Assembly (NCBI GenBank): GCA_945865905.1
Contig: CAMBFC010000007.1
Coordinates: 7,706 to 71,705 of the forward strand
Source: Rickettsia typhi
Lineage (GTDB): Bacteria > Pseudomonadota > Alphaproteobacteria > Rickettsiales > UBA1997
Length of the DNA stretch: 64,000 nucleotides
Reading direction: 5' to 3'
Shown: one piece after another, positions 1 to 10,893 of the stretch
Layout: each line of letters begins with the position of its first letter
Position numbering within the stretch: position 1 is the stretch's first letter
Made by a program: the position numbers and the translations under genes
Notes under the pieces: generated by a model
Told to the model about the DNA's origin: nothing
Databases searched by the model: none
Seen by the model: the letters and a program-made list of their open reading frames with translations, nothing else

Positions 1-1
1 A

Positions 2-259
<258 letters not shown>

Positions 260-324
260 TTTTTAAAATCTTCGCAAGTGGGCGCAACGCCCCTTGCACG
301 ATCTTACAAAATAAATAAAAAAAT

Positions 325-3300
325 ATGTCATTAGCAGGAACTTCTTCACACGGTCTTCTAAGTCTTAACTCCAATAGCGCAGTTGACTTACTCGATTTTA
401 ACGCAATCAAAATAACGATTGCCAGCCCGGATAAAATCCGTTCATGGTCTTTTGGCGAAGTTTTAAAGCCAGAAACTATCAATTATCGCACATTTAAGCC
501 TGAAAGAGACGGTTTATTCTGCGCTCGTATCTTTGGCCCTATCAAAGATTATGAATGTTTATGCGGAAAATATAAGCGCATCAAATATAAAGGAATTGTT
601 TGCGAAAAATGCGGCGTTGAAGTAACATCTTCAAAAGTTCGTCGTGAACGCATGGGTCATATTGAACTTGCGGCTCCAATCGTTCACATTTGGTTCTTAA
701 AATCACTACCTTCGCGCATTTCAACACTTCTTGGTGTTACACTTAAATCAATCGAAAAAGTTATTTATTTCGAAAATTATGTAGTAACTGATGGATTAAT
801 GTCGCCAATGAAAGAAGGTGAAATTTTAAGCGAAGATGAATATGCTAAAGCTCAAGATGAACATGGTATTGGCAGTTTTATTGCTGAAATGGGCGCAGAA
901 GCCGTTCAGCGCTTGTTGCAAAAGCTTGATTTAGCTAACTTAAAAAAAGAATTGCGCGAAGATCTTGCTACGCAAACTTCTGAATTAAAAAAAGAAAAAA
1001 TCATCAAACGCCTAAAGCTTGTTGAGCAGTTTCTTGAATCTGGTAACAAAGCTGAGTGGATGGTAATGAATGTTCTTCCGGTTATTCCGCCTGATATTCG
1101 CCCATTGGTAATGTTAGATGGAGGTCGTTTTGCTACTTCAGATTTAAACGAATTATATCGTCGCGTTATCAACCGTAACAACCGCTTGAAACGCTTGATC
1201 GAACTTTCTGCTCCAGATATCATCATCAAAAATGAGAAACGCATGTTGCAAGAGTCGGTTGACGCCTTGCTTGATAATGGTCGCTCTGGTGCTATCGTTA
1301 AAAACTCAAACAAAAAACCGTTCAAATCTTTGAGCGATATGCTTAAAGGCAAGCAAGGTCGTTTCCGTCAAAACTTGCTCGGAAAACGCGTTGATTATTC
1401 TGGTCGTTCGGTAATCGTGGTTGGTCCTGAGCTTAAATTGCACCAATGTGGTTTGCCGAAGAAAATGGCGCTTGAGTTATTCAAGCCTTTCATTTATTCA
1501 AAACTTGAACTTTATGGAAAATCTGCCTCAATCAAAATCTCGAAAAAGATGGTTGAAGCTGAGCGCCCTGAAGTTTGGGATATTTTAGATGAAGTTATTA
1601 AAGAGCATCCAGTATTGCTTAACAGAGCTCCAACTCTACATAGACTTGGCATCCAAGCATTTGAACCAGTTCTTACTGAAGGCAAAGCAATTCAATTGCA
1701 TCCACTAGTTTGCGCTGCTTTTAACGCCGATTTTGATGGTGACCAAATGGCTGTGCATTTGCCTCTTTCTATTGAAGCGCAAGTCGAATGTCGCGTGTTA
1801 ATGATGTCTACAAACAACATCTTAAGCCCTGCAAATGGCAAGCCAATTATTGTGCCTTCTCAAGATATTATTTTGGGATTGTATTATTTAACAATGGCTT
1901 CTAAAGATTTTGACAAGCAAAAAGCTCGCCCTGTTGCTGATGATTATGAAATGGAGCATGCGCTTCACATTAAGGCATTAACAATTCACGATAAAATTCT
2001 CTATCGTTTTGTAGTTAAAGGCAAAGATGGCGAAAAAAATAACATCAAGGCCGATACTACTCCTGGACGCGTTGCAATCTATAACGCTTTGCCAGAAATG
2101 ATGAAATCGGATCTTGAAATTGCTAATAAAGTGATGACAAAAAAAGCGGTGACGAATCTTATCGATACCGTTTATCGTAATTGCGGACAAAAAGAAACAG
2201 TTATGTTCTGTGATAGAATCATGGCTCTAGGCTTTAAAAACGCTTGCTATGCCGGTATTTCAATCGGTAAAGACGATATGATCATCCCTGCAACTAAGCA
2301 AAAAAATGTTGCTGAATCTTTTGCTAAAGTTAAAAGACTTGAGCAGCAATATCGTGAAGGCTTGATCACTACAGGTGAGCGCTATAACAAGGTTATTGAT
2401 GAATGGACTCATTGCACCGATAAAGTTTCGAAAGAAATGATGGCGATGATTTCTAGCTATAATTCTCCGCGTGAGGCGAACAGCATTTATATGATGGCTG
2501 ATTCTGGCGCGCGTGGTTCTGAAACTCAAATCAAGCAGGTTGCTGGTATGCGTGGTTTGATGGCTAAACCATCGGGCGAAATTATCGAAACTCCAATCGT
2601 TTCAAACTTTAAAGAAGGCCTAAGTGTTACAGAATATTTCATTTCTGCTCACGGTGCTCGTAAAGGTTTGGCAGATACAGCTTTGAAAACAGCGAACTCC
2701 GGTTATTTGACTCGTCGTTTGGTTGATGTTTCACAAGATTGCATCGTTACTATCGAAGATTGTGGCACTACAGAAGGCTTGATTGTTGAGCCAGTTCTTG
2801 ATGATGCTCGCGTAGTAGTTTCTCTTGCAGAGCAAGTATTAGGACGCGTTCCACTTGAAGATGTAAAATCTGGTAAAACAATTGTTGCAAAAGCTGGCGA
2901 AATGATCGATGAGACAATCGCTGATGCAATTGGCAAATCAGGCATCAAATTGATGAAAACTCGCTCAGTTCTAACTTGCAAAGCTAAAGATGGCGTTTGC
3001 GTTAAATGTTATGGACGCGATCTTTCAAACGGGGATATCGTTGGTATTGGCGAGGCAATCGGTGTTATTGCAGCTCAATCAATCGGAGAACCGGGAACTC
3101 AGCTTACAATGAGAACCTTCCACATTGGTGGTGCGGCGCAAAGAGGAACAGATCAATCTTCGATTTCTGCTATTTCTGATGCGGTTGTTAAATTCTCAAA
3201 TAAAGGAACGCTGATCAATCGTGAAGGAAAAATTATCGTTACTAGTCGTAACTTTGAAATCACTTTGCTTGATCCAGCTGACCAAACTGAAATTCATAGC

Positions 3301-4443
3301 TATAAATTGCCTTATGGTGCAGCAATCCTGCATAAGAGCGGTTCTGTAGTACAAAAAGCAATGCATTTGGCTGAATGGGATCCTTATAACATTCCAGTTG
3401 TTGCCGAAGTTGATGGCGAAATCAAATATAATGATTTGGCAGAAAGCATTTCACTTCGTGAAAGAATCGACGAAACTTCTGGTGTTTCAACCAAGATCGT
3501 AATGGATTGGAAACAATACAGTAAGCAAGATTTGAAGCCTAGAATCACTATTGGCGATAAAGAATACTTGCTATCAGTTAACACAATCGTTGGCGTTTCT
3601 AACGGCGATGATGTAAAAGCGGGTGATGTTATTGCAAGAATTCCGAAAGAATCTTCAAAAACTCGTGATATTACTGGTGGTCTTCCACGCGTTGCCGAAT
3701 TATTTGAAGCTCGTAAACCGAAAAATGCTTCAATTATCAGTGAAATCGACGGCAGAATTGTATTCGGAAAAGATTACAAAACCAAGCGCCGCATTATTGT
3801 ACAACCTGAAGACGCTTCTAAAGAGCCAATCGAATATGCTGTTGCAAAAAACAAACATTTATTTGTTGGTGAAGGTGATTTTGTTCGTCGTGGCGATATC
3901 TTGGTTGATGGAAATCCAGTTCCACATGATATCCTAAAAATCCTTGGTATGCAAGCCTTCGCCAACTATATGGTGAGCGAAGTGCAAAAAGTTTATCGTA
4001 TGCAAGGTGTAAAAATCGATGATAAACATATCGAAGTTATTATTGGCATGATGATGAGACGCGTTGAAACCGTTGATTCTGGCGATACTACGCTTCTTGC
4101 TGGTGAAGTTGTCGACCGCGATGTATTTGAAGCGATCAATGTTAAAATGATTGCTGAAAAATTGCGTCCGGCGCAGTGCAAACCAGTGTTGCTTGGTATT
4201 ACTAAAGCTTCATTGCAAACTAAATCATTTATTTCTGCAGCTTCTTTTCAAGAAACTACGCGAGTGCTTACTGATTCTTCGGTGCAAGGCAAGTTTGATG
4301 ATTTGAAAGGCTTGAAAGAAAACATTATCGTTGGTCGTTTGATTCCTGCGGGAACAGGCTTATTAACGGCGCAATACCGTGTTGCAGCTCATGCTACAAC
4401 GCACAGCAAACCAATTGTGCAAGAAATGTTTGTTGAAGAATAA
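325..4443 (+). CDS. rpoC: DNA-directed RNA polymerase beta' subunit
   Basis: 1372-aa ORF with N-terminal zinc finger [23 protein letters not shown] and catalytic NADFDGDQM motif; canonical position after rpoB. Confidence 0.98.
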   Translation: MSLAGTSSHGLLSLNSNSAVDLLDFNAIKITIASPDKIRSWSFGEVLKPETINYRTFKPERDGLFCARIFGPIKDYECLCGKYKRIKYKGIVCEKCGVEVTSSKVRRERMGHIELAAPIVHIWFLKSLPSRISTLLGVTLKSIEKVIYFENYVVTDGLMSPMKEGEILSEDEYAKAQDEHGIGSFIAEMGAEAVQRLLQKLDLANLKKELREDLATQTSELKKEKIIKRLKLVEQFLESGNKAEWMVMNVLPVIPPDIRPLVMLDGGRFATSDLNELYRRVINRNNRLKRLIELSAPDIIIKNEKRMLQESVDALLDNGRSGAIVKNSNKKPFKSLSDMLKGKQGRFRQNLLGKRVDYSGRSVIVVGPELKLHQCGLPKKMALELFKPFIYSKLELYGKSASIKISKKMVEAERPEVWDILDEVIKEHPVLLNRAPTLHRLGIQAFEPVLTEGKAIQLHPLVCAAFNADFDGDQMAVHLPLSIEAQVECRVLMMSTNNILSPANGKPIIVPSQDIILGLYYLTMASKDFDKQKARPVADDYEMEHALHIKALTIHDKILYRFVVKGKDGEKNNIKADTTPGRVAIYNALPEMMKSDLEIANKVMTKKAVTNLIDTVYRNCGQKETVMFCDRIMALGFKNACYAGISIGKDDMIIPATKQKNVAESFAKVKRLEQQYREGLITTGERYNKVIDEWTHCTDKVSKEMMAMISSYNSPREANSIYMMADSGARGSETQIKQVAGMRGLMAKPSGEIIETPIVSNFKEGLSVTEYFISAHGARKGLADTALKTANSGYLTRRLVDVSQDCIVTIEDCGTTEGLIVEPVLDDARVVVSLAEQVLGRVPLEDVKSGKTIVAKAGEMIDETIADAIGKSGIKLMKTRSVLTCKAKDGVCVKCYGRDLSNGDIVGIGEAIGVIAAQSIGEPGTQLTMRTFHIGGAAQRGTDQSSISAISDAVVKFSNKGTLINREGKIIVTSRNFEITLLDPADQTEIHSYKLPYGAAILHKSGSVVQKAMHLAEWDPYNIPVVAEVDGEIKYNDLAESISLRERIDETSGVSTKIVMDWKQYSKQDLKPRITIGDKEYLLSVNTIVGVSNGDDVKAGDVIARIPKESSKTRDITGGLPRVAELFEARKPKNASIISEIDGRIVFGKDYKTKRRIIVQPEDASKEPIEYAVAKNKHLFVGEGDFVRRGDILVDGNPVPHDILKILGMQAFANYMVSEVQKVYRMQGVKIDDKHIEVIIGMMMRRVETVDSGDTTLLAGEVVDRDVFEAINVKMIAEKLRPAQCKPVLLGITKASLQTKSFISAASFQETTRVLTDSSVQGKFDDLKGLKENIIVGRLIPAGTGLLTAQYRVAAHATTHSKPIVQEMFVEE

Positions 4444-4469
4444 TTTCTTATTGGCAATTAAAAAAAATA

Positions 4470-4504
4470 TGGCGATCATCTTTAGGATGGTCGCCATTTT
4501 TTTT
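4470..4504 (+). terminator. Rho-independent terminator after rpoC
   Basis: Stem TGGCGATCATC/GATGGTCGCCA (one T:G), 5-nt loop, then a T8 tract; 27 nt after the rpoC stop. Confidence 0.8.
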
Positions 4505-4514
4505 GTTTCAATTT

Positions 4515-4630
4515 GTGTTTGGATCTCGATTTACAGATGAATCATCTCCTGCTTATTGATTTTATTTCGCGCGCAAGCACAGCTACATAAAATCAATAAG
4601 CAGGAGATGATTCGTCTGTAACGCACAGCG
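4515..4630 (+). repeat. Family-A hairpin repeat, copy A1
   Basis: Terminus GTGTTTGGATCTCGATTT. Hairpin 4533-4619 has 32-nt arms with one T:G, around the conserved loop ATTTCGCGCGCAAGCACAGCTACAT. Tail TAACGCACAGC. Confidence 0.9.
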
Positions 4631-4671
4631 TTTGAGGCATTTATCGCTAAACAAAAACTTTAAACAACATC

Positions 4672-5673
4672 ATGCAACAAGGTTGGTTTAACAAATTTAA
4701 AAAAAACAAACGCGGACATTATTCTTTTTTAATTTTTGCAGTTATTTTTTCTCTCACATTTTTTGCAGAAATTATTGCTAATGATAAGCCGATAGTGGTG
4801 CGGTTTCGCGGTGATTTTTATTTTCCGATTGTGAGCAAAATTGCTGAGACAAAATTTGGTGGTGTTTTTGAAACTGATGCTGATTATCGAGATGTTGCGG
4901 TGCAAAAAATGATTGAGAAAGATGGTTGGATGATTTGGCCTTTGCTGCGATTTTCTTATGATACAATAAATTATAATTTACAAACTCCTGCACCTTCAAA
5001 ACCTACGGCGGAGAATCTTCTGGGCAGTGATGATAATGGTCGAGATGTTTTAGCGCGAGTGATTTATGGTGTGCGTATTTCTTTGATTTTTGGGATTGTG
5101 TTGACATTTTTTAGTGCAGTAATTGCAATTTTTTTAGGTGCGGTTCAGGGTTATTTTGGTGGGTTAATTGATATTTTTTTGCAGCGATTTAGTGAGATTT
5201 GGTCGGCAATGCCAGTTTTATTTTTGTTGATTATAATGTCTTCAATCTTAGAGCCAAGCTTCTTTACCCTTATTGGCTTGATGTTGCTTTTTAGTTGGAT
5301 ATCTTTGGCAGTTTATGTGCGTGCAGAATTTTTGCGCTTGAAGAATTTTGATTTTGTAATGGCGGCGAGGGCTTTGGGCGCAAGCAATTGGCGTATTATA
5401 AGCAAACATATTTTGCCCAACGCTTCGGCGGTGATTATTTCTAACTTGCCGTTTTTGTTGAGCGGAGCAATTATTACGCTAACTTCGCTTGATTTTCTTG
5501 GGCTTGGAATGGCATTGGGCGAGCCGTCACTCGGCGAATTATTGGCGCAGGGAAAAAATAACATCAATGCTTGGTGGCTTGGTTTGAGCGGTTTTGTGGT
5601 GGTTTCGGTTATTCTAACTTTGCTAATTTTTATTGGTGAGGCTGTGCGCGATGGGTTTGATACACGAAAATAA
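4672..5673 (+). CDS. yejE: ABC transporter permease, YejE-like (peptide/microcin-type importer)
   Basis: 333 aa, polytopic. N-terminus and the EAA-type loop MAARALGASNWRIISKHILPN are typical of the YejE/OppC family. Confidence 0.75.
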   Translation: MQQGWFNKFKKNKRGHYSFLIFAVIFSLTFFAEIIANDKPIVVRFRGDFYFPIVSKIAETKFGGVFETDADYRDVAVQKMIEKDGWMIWPLLRFSYDTINYNLQTPAPSKPTAENLLGSDDNGRDVLARVIYGVRISLIFGIVLTFFSAVIAIFLGAVQGYFGGLIDIFLQRFSEIWSAMPVLFLLIIMSSILEPSFFTLIGLMLLFSWISLAVYVRAEFLRLKNFDFVMAARALGASNWRIISKHILPNASAVIISNLPFLLSGAIITLTSLDFLGLGMALGEPSLGELLAQGKNNINAWWLGLSGFVVVSVILTLLIFIGEAVRDGFDTRK

Positions 5674-5785
5674 TTTTGCTAACACAAGATTGATTTTCTT
5701 AAACTGCTATTTTCTAAATATTTCTTGAACATTTCTGCAAAAGCGCCTAATTTCAATGCTTTCAAAATAATAAATTATCTTAAAC

Positions 5786-7039
5786 ATGCCGATCGAAATT
5801 TTAATGCCAGCCCTTTCTCCTACAATGAAAGAGGGAAATCTTGCAAAATGGTTAAAAAAAGAAGGTGATAAAATCAAGGCCGGCGAGGTTATTGCTGAGA
5901 TTGAAACCGATAAAGCGACTATGGAAGTTGAAGCGGTTGACGAAGGTATTTTGGGCAAAATTGTTATTGCGGCAGGCACCGAAAATGTTGCGGTGAATAG
6001 TTTGATTGCTTTGCTTCTTGAGGCTGGCGAAGATAAAAAAGTTCTTGATAGTTATAAAGTTGTATCAGGCGGAAGTGCTTCAGTTGCGGCTTTGGCCCCA
6101 GTTGAAGAAAAAAAATCTCCACAAATTGCTGCAGTTTCTAATTCTAGCAATGTGGCTGCAACCTTTGATAATAAAGGCTTAAAAGCTAGTCCTCTTGCCA
6201 AAAGAATTGCTAAAGAAAATAATGTTTCACTAGCGCAAATCAATGGCAGCGGCCCTCATGGACGCATTATTAAAGATGATGTTTTATCTTTTGCTGGCAG
6301 TGGATCAGCTCGCGCAGGCTCTGTTTATCGCAATTTGCAAGAATTTACTGCAGTTAAAAATAACAATATTCGTAAAGTTATTTCGAAGCGCTTGCTAGAA
6401 TCTAAACAAACAGTGCCTCATTTTTATCTTTCTTGCGATTTGCAAATTGATAAATTATTAGAGTTAAGAACAGCTATAAACTCAGTTGCAGAAGGCGCTG
6501 ACGGAATTGTTGCTTATAAAGTTTCTGTTAATGATGTTGTTATTAAAGCAGTTGCAATGGCTTTGAAAAAAGTTCCACAAGCAAACAGCTCTTGGTCTGA
6601 TGATGCAATTTTGCTTTATAATAATATCGATATTTCAGTTGCAGTTGCAATTGATGGTGGATTAATTACGCCAATTATTCGCAATGCTGATCAAAAATCT
6701 ATCGCAGCAATTTCGATTGAGATGAAGCAATTGGCAAAAAAAGCTAGAGAAGGAAAGCTACAGCCTGAAGAGTTTCAAGGTGGTGGATTTAGTATTTCAA
6801 ATTTAGGAATGTTTGGTGTTGATAATTTTAATGCCATCGTTAATCCGCCGCAAAGTTGTATTTTGGCGGTGGGGCGCGGTATCGAAAAACCAATTGTAGA
6901 AAATGGCGAAATCGCAATTGCTACAGTTATGAATGTTACTCTATCTTCAGACCACAGATCTGTAGATGGTTCGGTTGGCGCAGAATTTTTAAAGGCTCTA
7001 AGAAATTATATCGAAAATCCTATTTTGATGTTGATTTAA
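5786..7039 (+). CDS. pdhC: Pyruvate dehydrogenase E2, dihydrolipoamide acetyltransferase
   Basis: Lipoyl domain MPALSPTMKEGNLAKW...EIETDKATMEVEA, E3-binding segment ASPLAKRIAKENN, catalytic DHRSVDG. Confidence 0.9.
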   Translation: MPIEILMPALSPTMKEGNLAKWLKKEGDKIKAGEVIAEIETDKATMEVEAVDEGILGKIVIAAGTENVAVNSLIALLLEAGEDKKVLDSYKVVSGGSASVAALAPVEEKKSPQIAAVSNSSNVAATFDNKGLKASPLAKRIAKENNVSLAQINGSGPHGRIIKDDVLSFAGSGSARAGSVYRNLQEFTAVKNNNIRKVISKRLLESKQTVPHFYLSCDLQIDKLLELRTAINSVAEGADGIVAYKVSVNDVVIKAVAMALKKVPQANSSWSDDAILLYNNIDISVAVAIDGGLITPIIRNADQKSIAAISIEMKQLAKKAREGKLQPEEFQGGGFSISNLGMFGVDNFNAIVNPPQSCILAVGRGIEKPIVENGEIAIATVMNVTLSSDHRSVDGSVGAEFLKALRNYIENPILMLI

Positions 7040-7107
7040 TTTTTTGTGTCAGTTAATTTTGGCTTCGAAATTTTTTGTTTTTTTTCTCAACTTTTATTTA
7101 ATAAATT

Positions 7108-7392
7108 ATGTCAAAAGCAGTTAAAATAGCTATTGTTGCAGTTGCAGCATTCTTATCATTCGTAGCTGGTGTTAAATACGCAGAACAAGTTAAAGGACAC
7201 GCTAGTTGGATGTTTGAAAGCAAAGATGATGAAGTTGCTCTTCCTGATCTTTCTAACGAAGAAATTGATGGCGCGAACAGCCCTGAACAAGATATTTTAA
7301 GCAACGGCAAAGCTGCTCCAGAAGCTGCTGTTGAGGCTGCTGCTCCTATGGACGCAGTTGCTGCTCCAGAAGTTGCTCCTGCTAAAAAGTAA
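7108..7392 (+). CDS. Hypothetical small membrane-anchored protein with Ala/Pro/Glu-rich tail
   Basis: 94-aa ORF with one N-terminal hydrophobic helix (IAIVAVAAFLSFVAGV) and a terminator directly downstream. No recognisable family. Confidence 0.5.
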   Translation: MSKAVKIAIVAVAAFLSFVAGVKYAEQVKGHASWMFESKDDEVALPDLSNEEIDGANSPEQDILSNGKAAPEAAVEAAAPMDAVAAPEVAPAKK

Positions 7393-7413
7393 GATTGACC
7401 TAAGTCTATTCTG

Positions 7414-7448
7414 GCGTCAGAAAGATCTCATTCTTTCTGGCGCTTTTT
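7414..7448 (+). terminator. Rho-independent terminator
   Basis: Stem GCGTCAGAAAGA/TCTTTCTGGCGC (one T:G), 6-nt loop, then T5. Confidence 0.7.
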
Positions 7449-7455
7449 ATTTGCT

Positions 7456-8259
7456 ATGAAAACACACCACAAAAAAAAGCCACCACTCATCTTGCTTCTC
7501 ACCTTGCTTTTTTTTGCAACAAATTCTTACGCCATAGATAACAGCCAAACTGATCGTTCACGAGTTGTGGCGCCTCGCAATGATCGTTTCAATCGCAATG
7601 ATCGCGTGCGTAAATACATCAATTTTAGTGGCGAATATGAATCTGATCAAAACAGCAAACAATATGTTGTGTCGACCGGCCATTTTTATCGTAGCAATAA
7701 ATGGATTAACGAAACCGACTTTCTTTATCAAAAAGATTATTCACAAAAATCTGCTAATAATTATGAATTAAAGCCAAGCTCTGAGCTTTATGATTTTCAA
7801 ATGTCGAGCAAAATTGTTATTCCTGATACGCAAGATTATATCGTTTTATATACTCGCGATAAATATAATCCGCTTTCTACTTATTATTATGATCTCACTA
7901 ACGCCGCGGGTGTAGGGCGTATGTTTTTTGACGATTTGTTTGAAATTGATGTGGCAATTGGACATAGCGAAGTTAAAGAGTATGATCAAAAAACCACGCT
8001 GATTCCTTCATTTCGTGCTGAGTTTGATATTTGGGAAAAGCTTCATTTTATTCAGCGCGGCTACATGTATTTTAGTGATGAGGCGAACGATTATCAAATG
8101 CGCACAAGGTTGCAATATCCGATTGGCAAACAACTTTATTTGCAGGTTTCATATGATACAGATAAACGCACTTACACCAATAAGGCCAAGCATGAGAAGG
8201 TGAATGAAGTGCATCGCAGAATTGTTTTTGGATTTCGTTATGATTTGGGCAGCAATTGA
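7456..8259 (+). CDS. Hypothetical exported protein, possibly an outer-membrane beta-barrel
   Basis: 267 aa. Signal peptide MKTHHKKKPPLILLLTLLFFATNSYA followed by an aromatic-rich sequence with alternating pattern. Family not recognised. Confidence 0.5.
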   Translation: MKTHHKKKPPLILLLTLLFFATNSYAIDNSQTDRSRVVAPRNDRFNRNDRVRKYINFSGEYESDQNSKQYVVSTGHFYRSNKWINETDFLYQKDYSQKSANNYELKPSSELYDFQMSSKIVIPDTQDYIVLYTRDKYNPLSTYYYDLTNAAGVGRMFFDDLFEIDVAIGHSEVKEYDQKTTLIPSFRAEFDIWEKLHFIQRGYMYFSDEANDYQMRTRLQYPIGKQLYLQVSYDTDKRTYTNKAKHEKVNEVHRRIVFGFRYDLGSN

Positions 8260-8274
8260 TTTGGGGCAAATTAT

Positions 8275-8667
8275 TTATGGATGAATATCTTTTTTCTCAG
8301 AATTTATATCATTATATTTTGCAATTTCTGCCTTTAATTCTTCATCAGTTAAGTCGCTGCGAAGTGCTTCAGTATTGACCTCGTGATAGTTGCCATAAAT
8401 ATCAATAATCTGTGTCATCTCTTTTTTCTCGCCTTCGATTTTCATTTTTTCTTCCGCGATTCCGCGATTTATTTCGTGCTTTAATTCATCTAATCCCAAT
8501 TCTTTTTCAACTGATTTTAGCTGAATTTTTACATCATCAATCAGCTTGCGCGCCTTATAATAAAGCTTGCCGAAGAAATGGGCAATTTCGGGCAAATCTT
8601 TTGGTTTGATAAAAATTATTGCGACGAGTAGGACCAGAATTAATTCTGCGAAAGAGAAGCCAAGCAT
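8275..8667 (-). CDS. tatB: Twin-arginine translocase subunit TatB-like
   Basis: N-terminus MLGFSFAELILVLLVAIIFIKPKDLPEIAHFFGKLYYKARK (TM helix, P-x-x-LP hinge, amphipathic helix), then an acidic tail. Confidence 0.7.
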   Translation of the reverse strand: MLGFSFAELILVLLVAIIFIKPKDLPEIAHFFGKLYYKARKLIDDVKIQLKSVEKELGLDELKHEINRGIAEEKMKIEGEKKEMTQIIDIYGNYHEVNTEALRSDLTDEELKAEIAKYNDINSEKKDIHP

Positions 8668-8676
8668 GATTTATTT

Positions 8677-10047
8677 TTAAATTGGAATATGAATTAAAAC
8701 CCGCAAACCCCCAAGCGCACTATCGCCAAGACGCATTCTGCCTCCATGAGAAGTTACCGCATCCATCGCAATTGCAAGACCAAGCCCAGAGCCGCCGCTA
8801 GTCTTTTGTGATTTATCAAGATTGCGTGAATTATCAATGCGATAAAAAGGTTTGAACACATTATGGCGTTCATTTTCGGGGATTCCGGGGCCATTATCAT
8901 CGATCAAAATCATCAAATTATTTTGGCTGAGTGAGGCAGAAAAAATAACTTTATCGCCATAATTAAAAGCATTATCAATTAGATTAATCAGCGCGCGCTT
9001 AAGAGCCAACTTCTTCAACAGCATTTCAAAATCAACAGGAACATTAATTCGTGTTTCAATTTCTTTATTTAAGCGCACATAATAATTGGTAATTTTTTCT
9101 AAAAATTCGTGCAAAATAGTGGGCTTGGCCTTTTCTCGCTCTTCATGTCGTGCAAAATCGAGATATTCACAAATTAGTTTTTCCATATCATTAATATCTT
9201 GCTGCAATTCTGCAACATCATCAGAATTTTTTGTCATTTCAAGTTGCAGTTTCATCCGCGTGAGAGGCGTGCGTAGGTCGTGTGACACTGCAGAAAGCAT
9301 ATCAGTTCGTTGCGAAATTTGTCGCACAATGCGTTCTTTCATTTTTATAAAAGAAATTGCCACCGAACGAATCTCGCGCGAGCCGCTAGGGCGAAAGTTT
9401 GGCACATCTTGCCCACGACCAAATTTTTCTGCCGCTTTGCTTAATAAACTAATTGGGCGCAATTGGTTTTTAAGAAAAATAATCGAAATAAATGAGGTGA
9501 TTATGGCGGTTGTTAGCATCCATAAAATAAAAACATATTTGCTTGAGCTAGTGATTCTTTTTACCGGAACATCAAATGAGAGTAGGCCGCTTTTGGTTTG
9601 CACTTTAACAATAATAGAGTTTGCATCTTCAGGATTTTTATAAATTTCGTAAGGCGTGAATTTGCGGTTTTCAAGCTCAGATTTAAAGCGATTTAATGGA
9701 TCAATCAGTGGAAATAAATTAAAATATTGATAAATTTTGCTGCGCTTCCAATCAGAATCGGCAATTTTTGATTTTTTCTTAAATTTGCGCCTTTCTTCGA
9801 ACGAAAAACTTAGATCAATATTTGTTGAAAAATCATGCAGCAAGGCTTGGCGCTCGATATTTCCTACTGAACTTTTTACAAAAGCCATTTCGGAGACAAC
9901 GCTGCGCGCCATATGTTTGCTGATCGAATCAACATAAACATAGAAAAAAACATAAGTCGTCACCATTTGCACAACCAGCGTTGGTATGGCAATTATCAGC
10001 AAAAATCGGCCGAAAAGCGAGCGCGGCAGTAGTTTTTTTAGTTTCAT
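8677..10047 (-). CDS. Two-component sensor histidine kinase, EnvZ-like
   Basis: Two TM segments, H-box AVSHDLRTPLT, N-box LINLIDNAFNYG, G-boxes DDNGPGIP and GGSGLGLAIA. Confidence 0.9.
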   Translation of the reverse strand: MKLKKLLPRSLFGRFLLIIAIPTLVVQMVTTYVFFYVYVDSISKHMARSVVSEMAFVKSSVGNIERQALLHDFSTNIDLSFSFEERRKFKKKSKIADSDWKRSKIYQYFNLFPLIDPLNRFKSELENRKFTPYEIYKNPEDANSIIVKVQTKSGLLSFDVPVKRITSSSKYVFILWMLTTAIITSFISIIFLKNQLRPISLLSKAAEKFGRGQDVPNFRPSGSREIRSVAISFIKMKERIVRQISQRTDMLSAVSHDLRTPLTRMKLQLEMTKNSDDVAELQQDINDMEKLICEYLDFARHEEREKAKPTILHEFLEKITNYYVRLNKEIETRINVPVDFEMLLKKLALKRALINLIDNAFNYGDKVIFSASLSQNNLMILIDDNGPGIPENERHNVFKPFYRIDNSRNLDKSQKTSGGSGLGLAIAMDAVTSHGGRMRLGDSALGGLRVLIHIPI

Positions 10048-10107
10048 TTATGAAAAAATGCTTTATTGTCTTAGAAAATTTATTGTGCTTTAAGAACTAT
10101 AATAAAC

Positions 10108-10866
10108 ATGGATTACAAAATCACAGCAAAAAACATCAACCTGTTTTATGGTCAAAAGCAAGCCTTATTTGATGTTAACTTGAATTTTAAAAAAAATAGC
10201 GTCACTGCTTTAATCGGGCCTTCGGGCTGCGGCAAATCATCTTTTTTACGCTGCATTAATCGCATGAATGATACTATTTTAAGCTGCAAAATTGATGGCG
10301 AAATCGTTATTGATGGTCAAAATATTTATGATGACAACCTAGATTTGGTGCTGCTTCGTGGCCGTGTTGGCATGGTGTTTCAAAAGCCCAATCCGTTTCC
10401 TAAATCAATTTATGATAATGTGGCTTATGGGCCCAGAATCCACGGGCTTTTTAACAGCAAATCGCAGCTTGATGAAATTGTCACTAAAAGCCTAACCAAA
10501 GCAGGATTGTGGAATGAGGTTAAAGATCGTTTGCATGATCAAGCCTCTGGCCTTTCGGGAGGGCAACAACAACGACTTTGTATTGCACGCACAATTGCTA
10601 TTGAGCCTGATATTATTTTAATGGATGAACCTTGCTCGGCCCTAGACCCAATTGCCACTGCAAAGATTGAAGAATTAATTGATGATCTCAAAGAAAATTT
10701 TACAATAGTTATTGTGACCCACTCGATGCAGCAAGCAGCAAGGGTTTCGGATATGACAGCCTTTTTTAATATGGGCAAAATTGTTGAATATGATACTACT
10801 GATAAAATTTTTACTAACCCAACAAACCAACAGACACAAGATTATATCACGGGTCGCTTCGGTTAG
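10108..10866 (+). CDS. pstB: Phosphate ABC transporter ATP-binding protein
   Basis: Walker [10 protein letters not shown], signature LSGGQQQRL, Walker B IILMDEP. PstB-type N-terminus and C-terminal YITGRFG. Confidence 0.9.
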   Translation: MDYKITAKNINLFYGQKQALFDVNLNFKKNSVTALIGPSGCGKSSFLRCINRMNDTILSCKIDGEIVIDGQNIYDDNLDLVLLRGRVGMVFQKPNPFPKSIYDNVAYGPRIHGLFNSKSQLDEIVTKSLTKAGLWNEVKDRLHDQASGLSGGQQQRLCIARTIAIEPDIILMDEPCSALDPIATAKIEELIDDLKENFTIVIVTHSMQQAARVSDMTAFFNMGKIVEYDTTDKIFTNPTNQQTQDYITGRFG

Positions 10867-10893
10867 AATTTTGATAATTTTTACGCATATTAA

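Noticed and set aside
906-4181. Multiple 60-150-aa ORFs antisense or out of frame within rpoC
   Set aside because: All lie within the 1372-aa rpoC frame, which carries diagnostic motifs. There is no evidence of overlapping genes.
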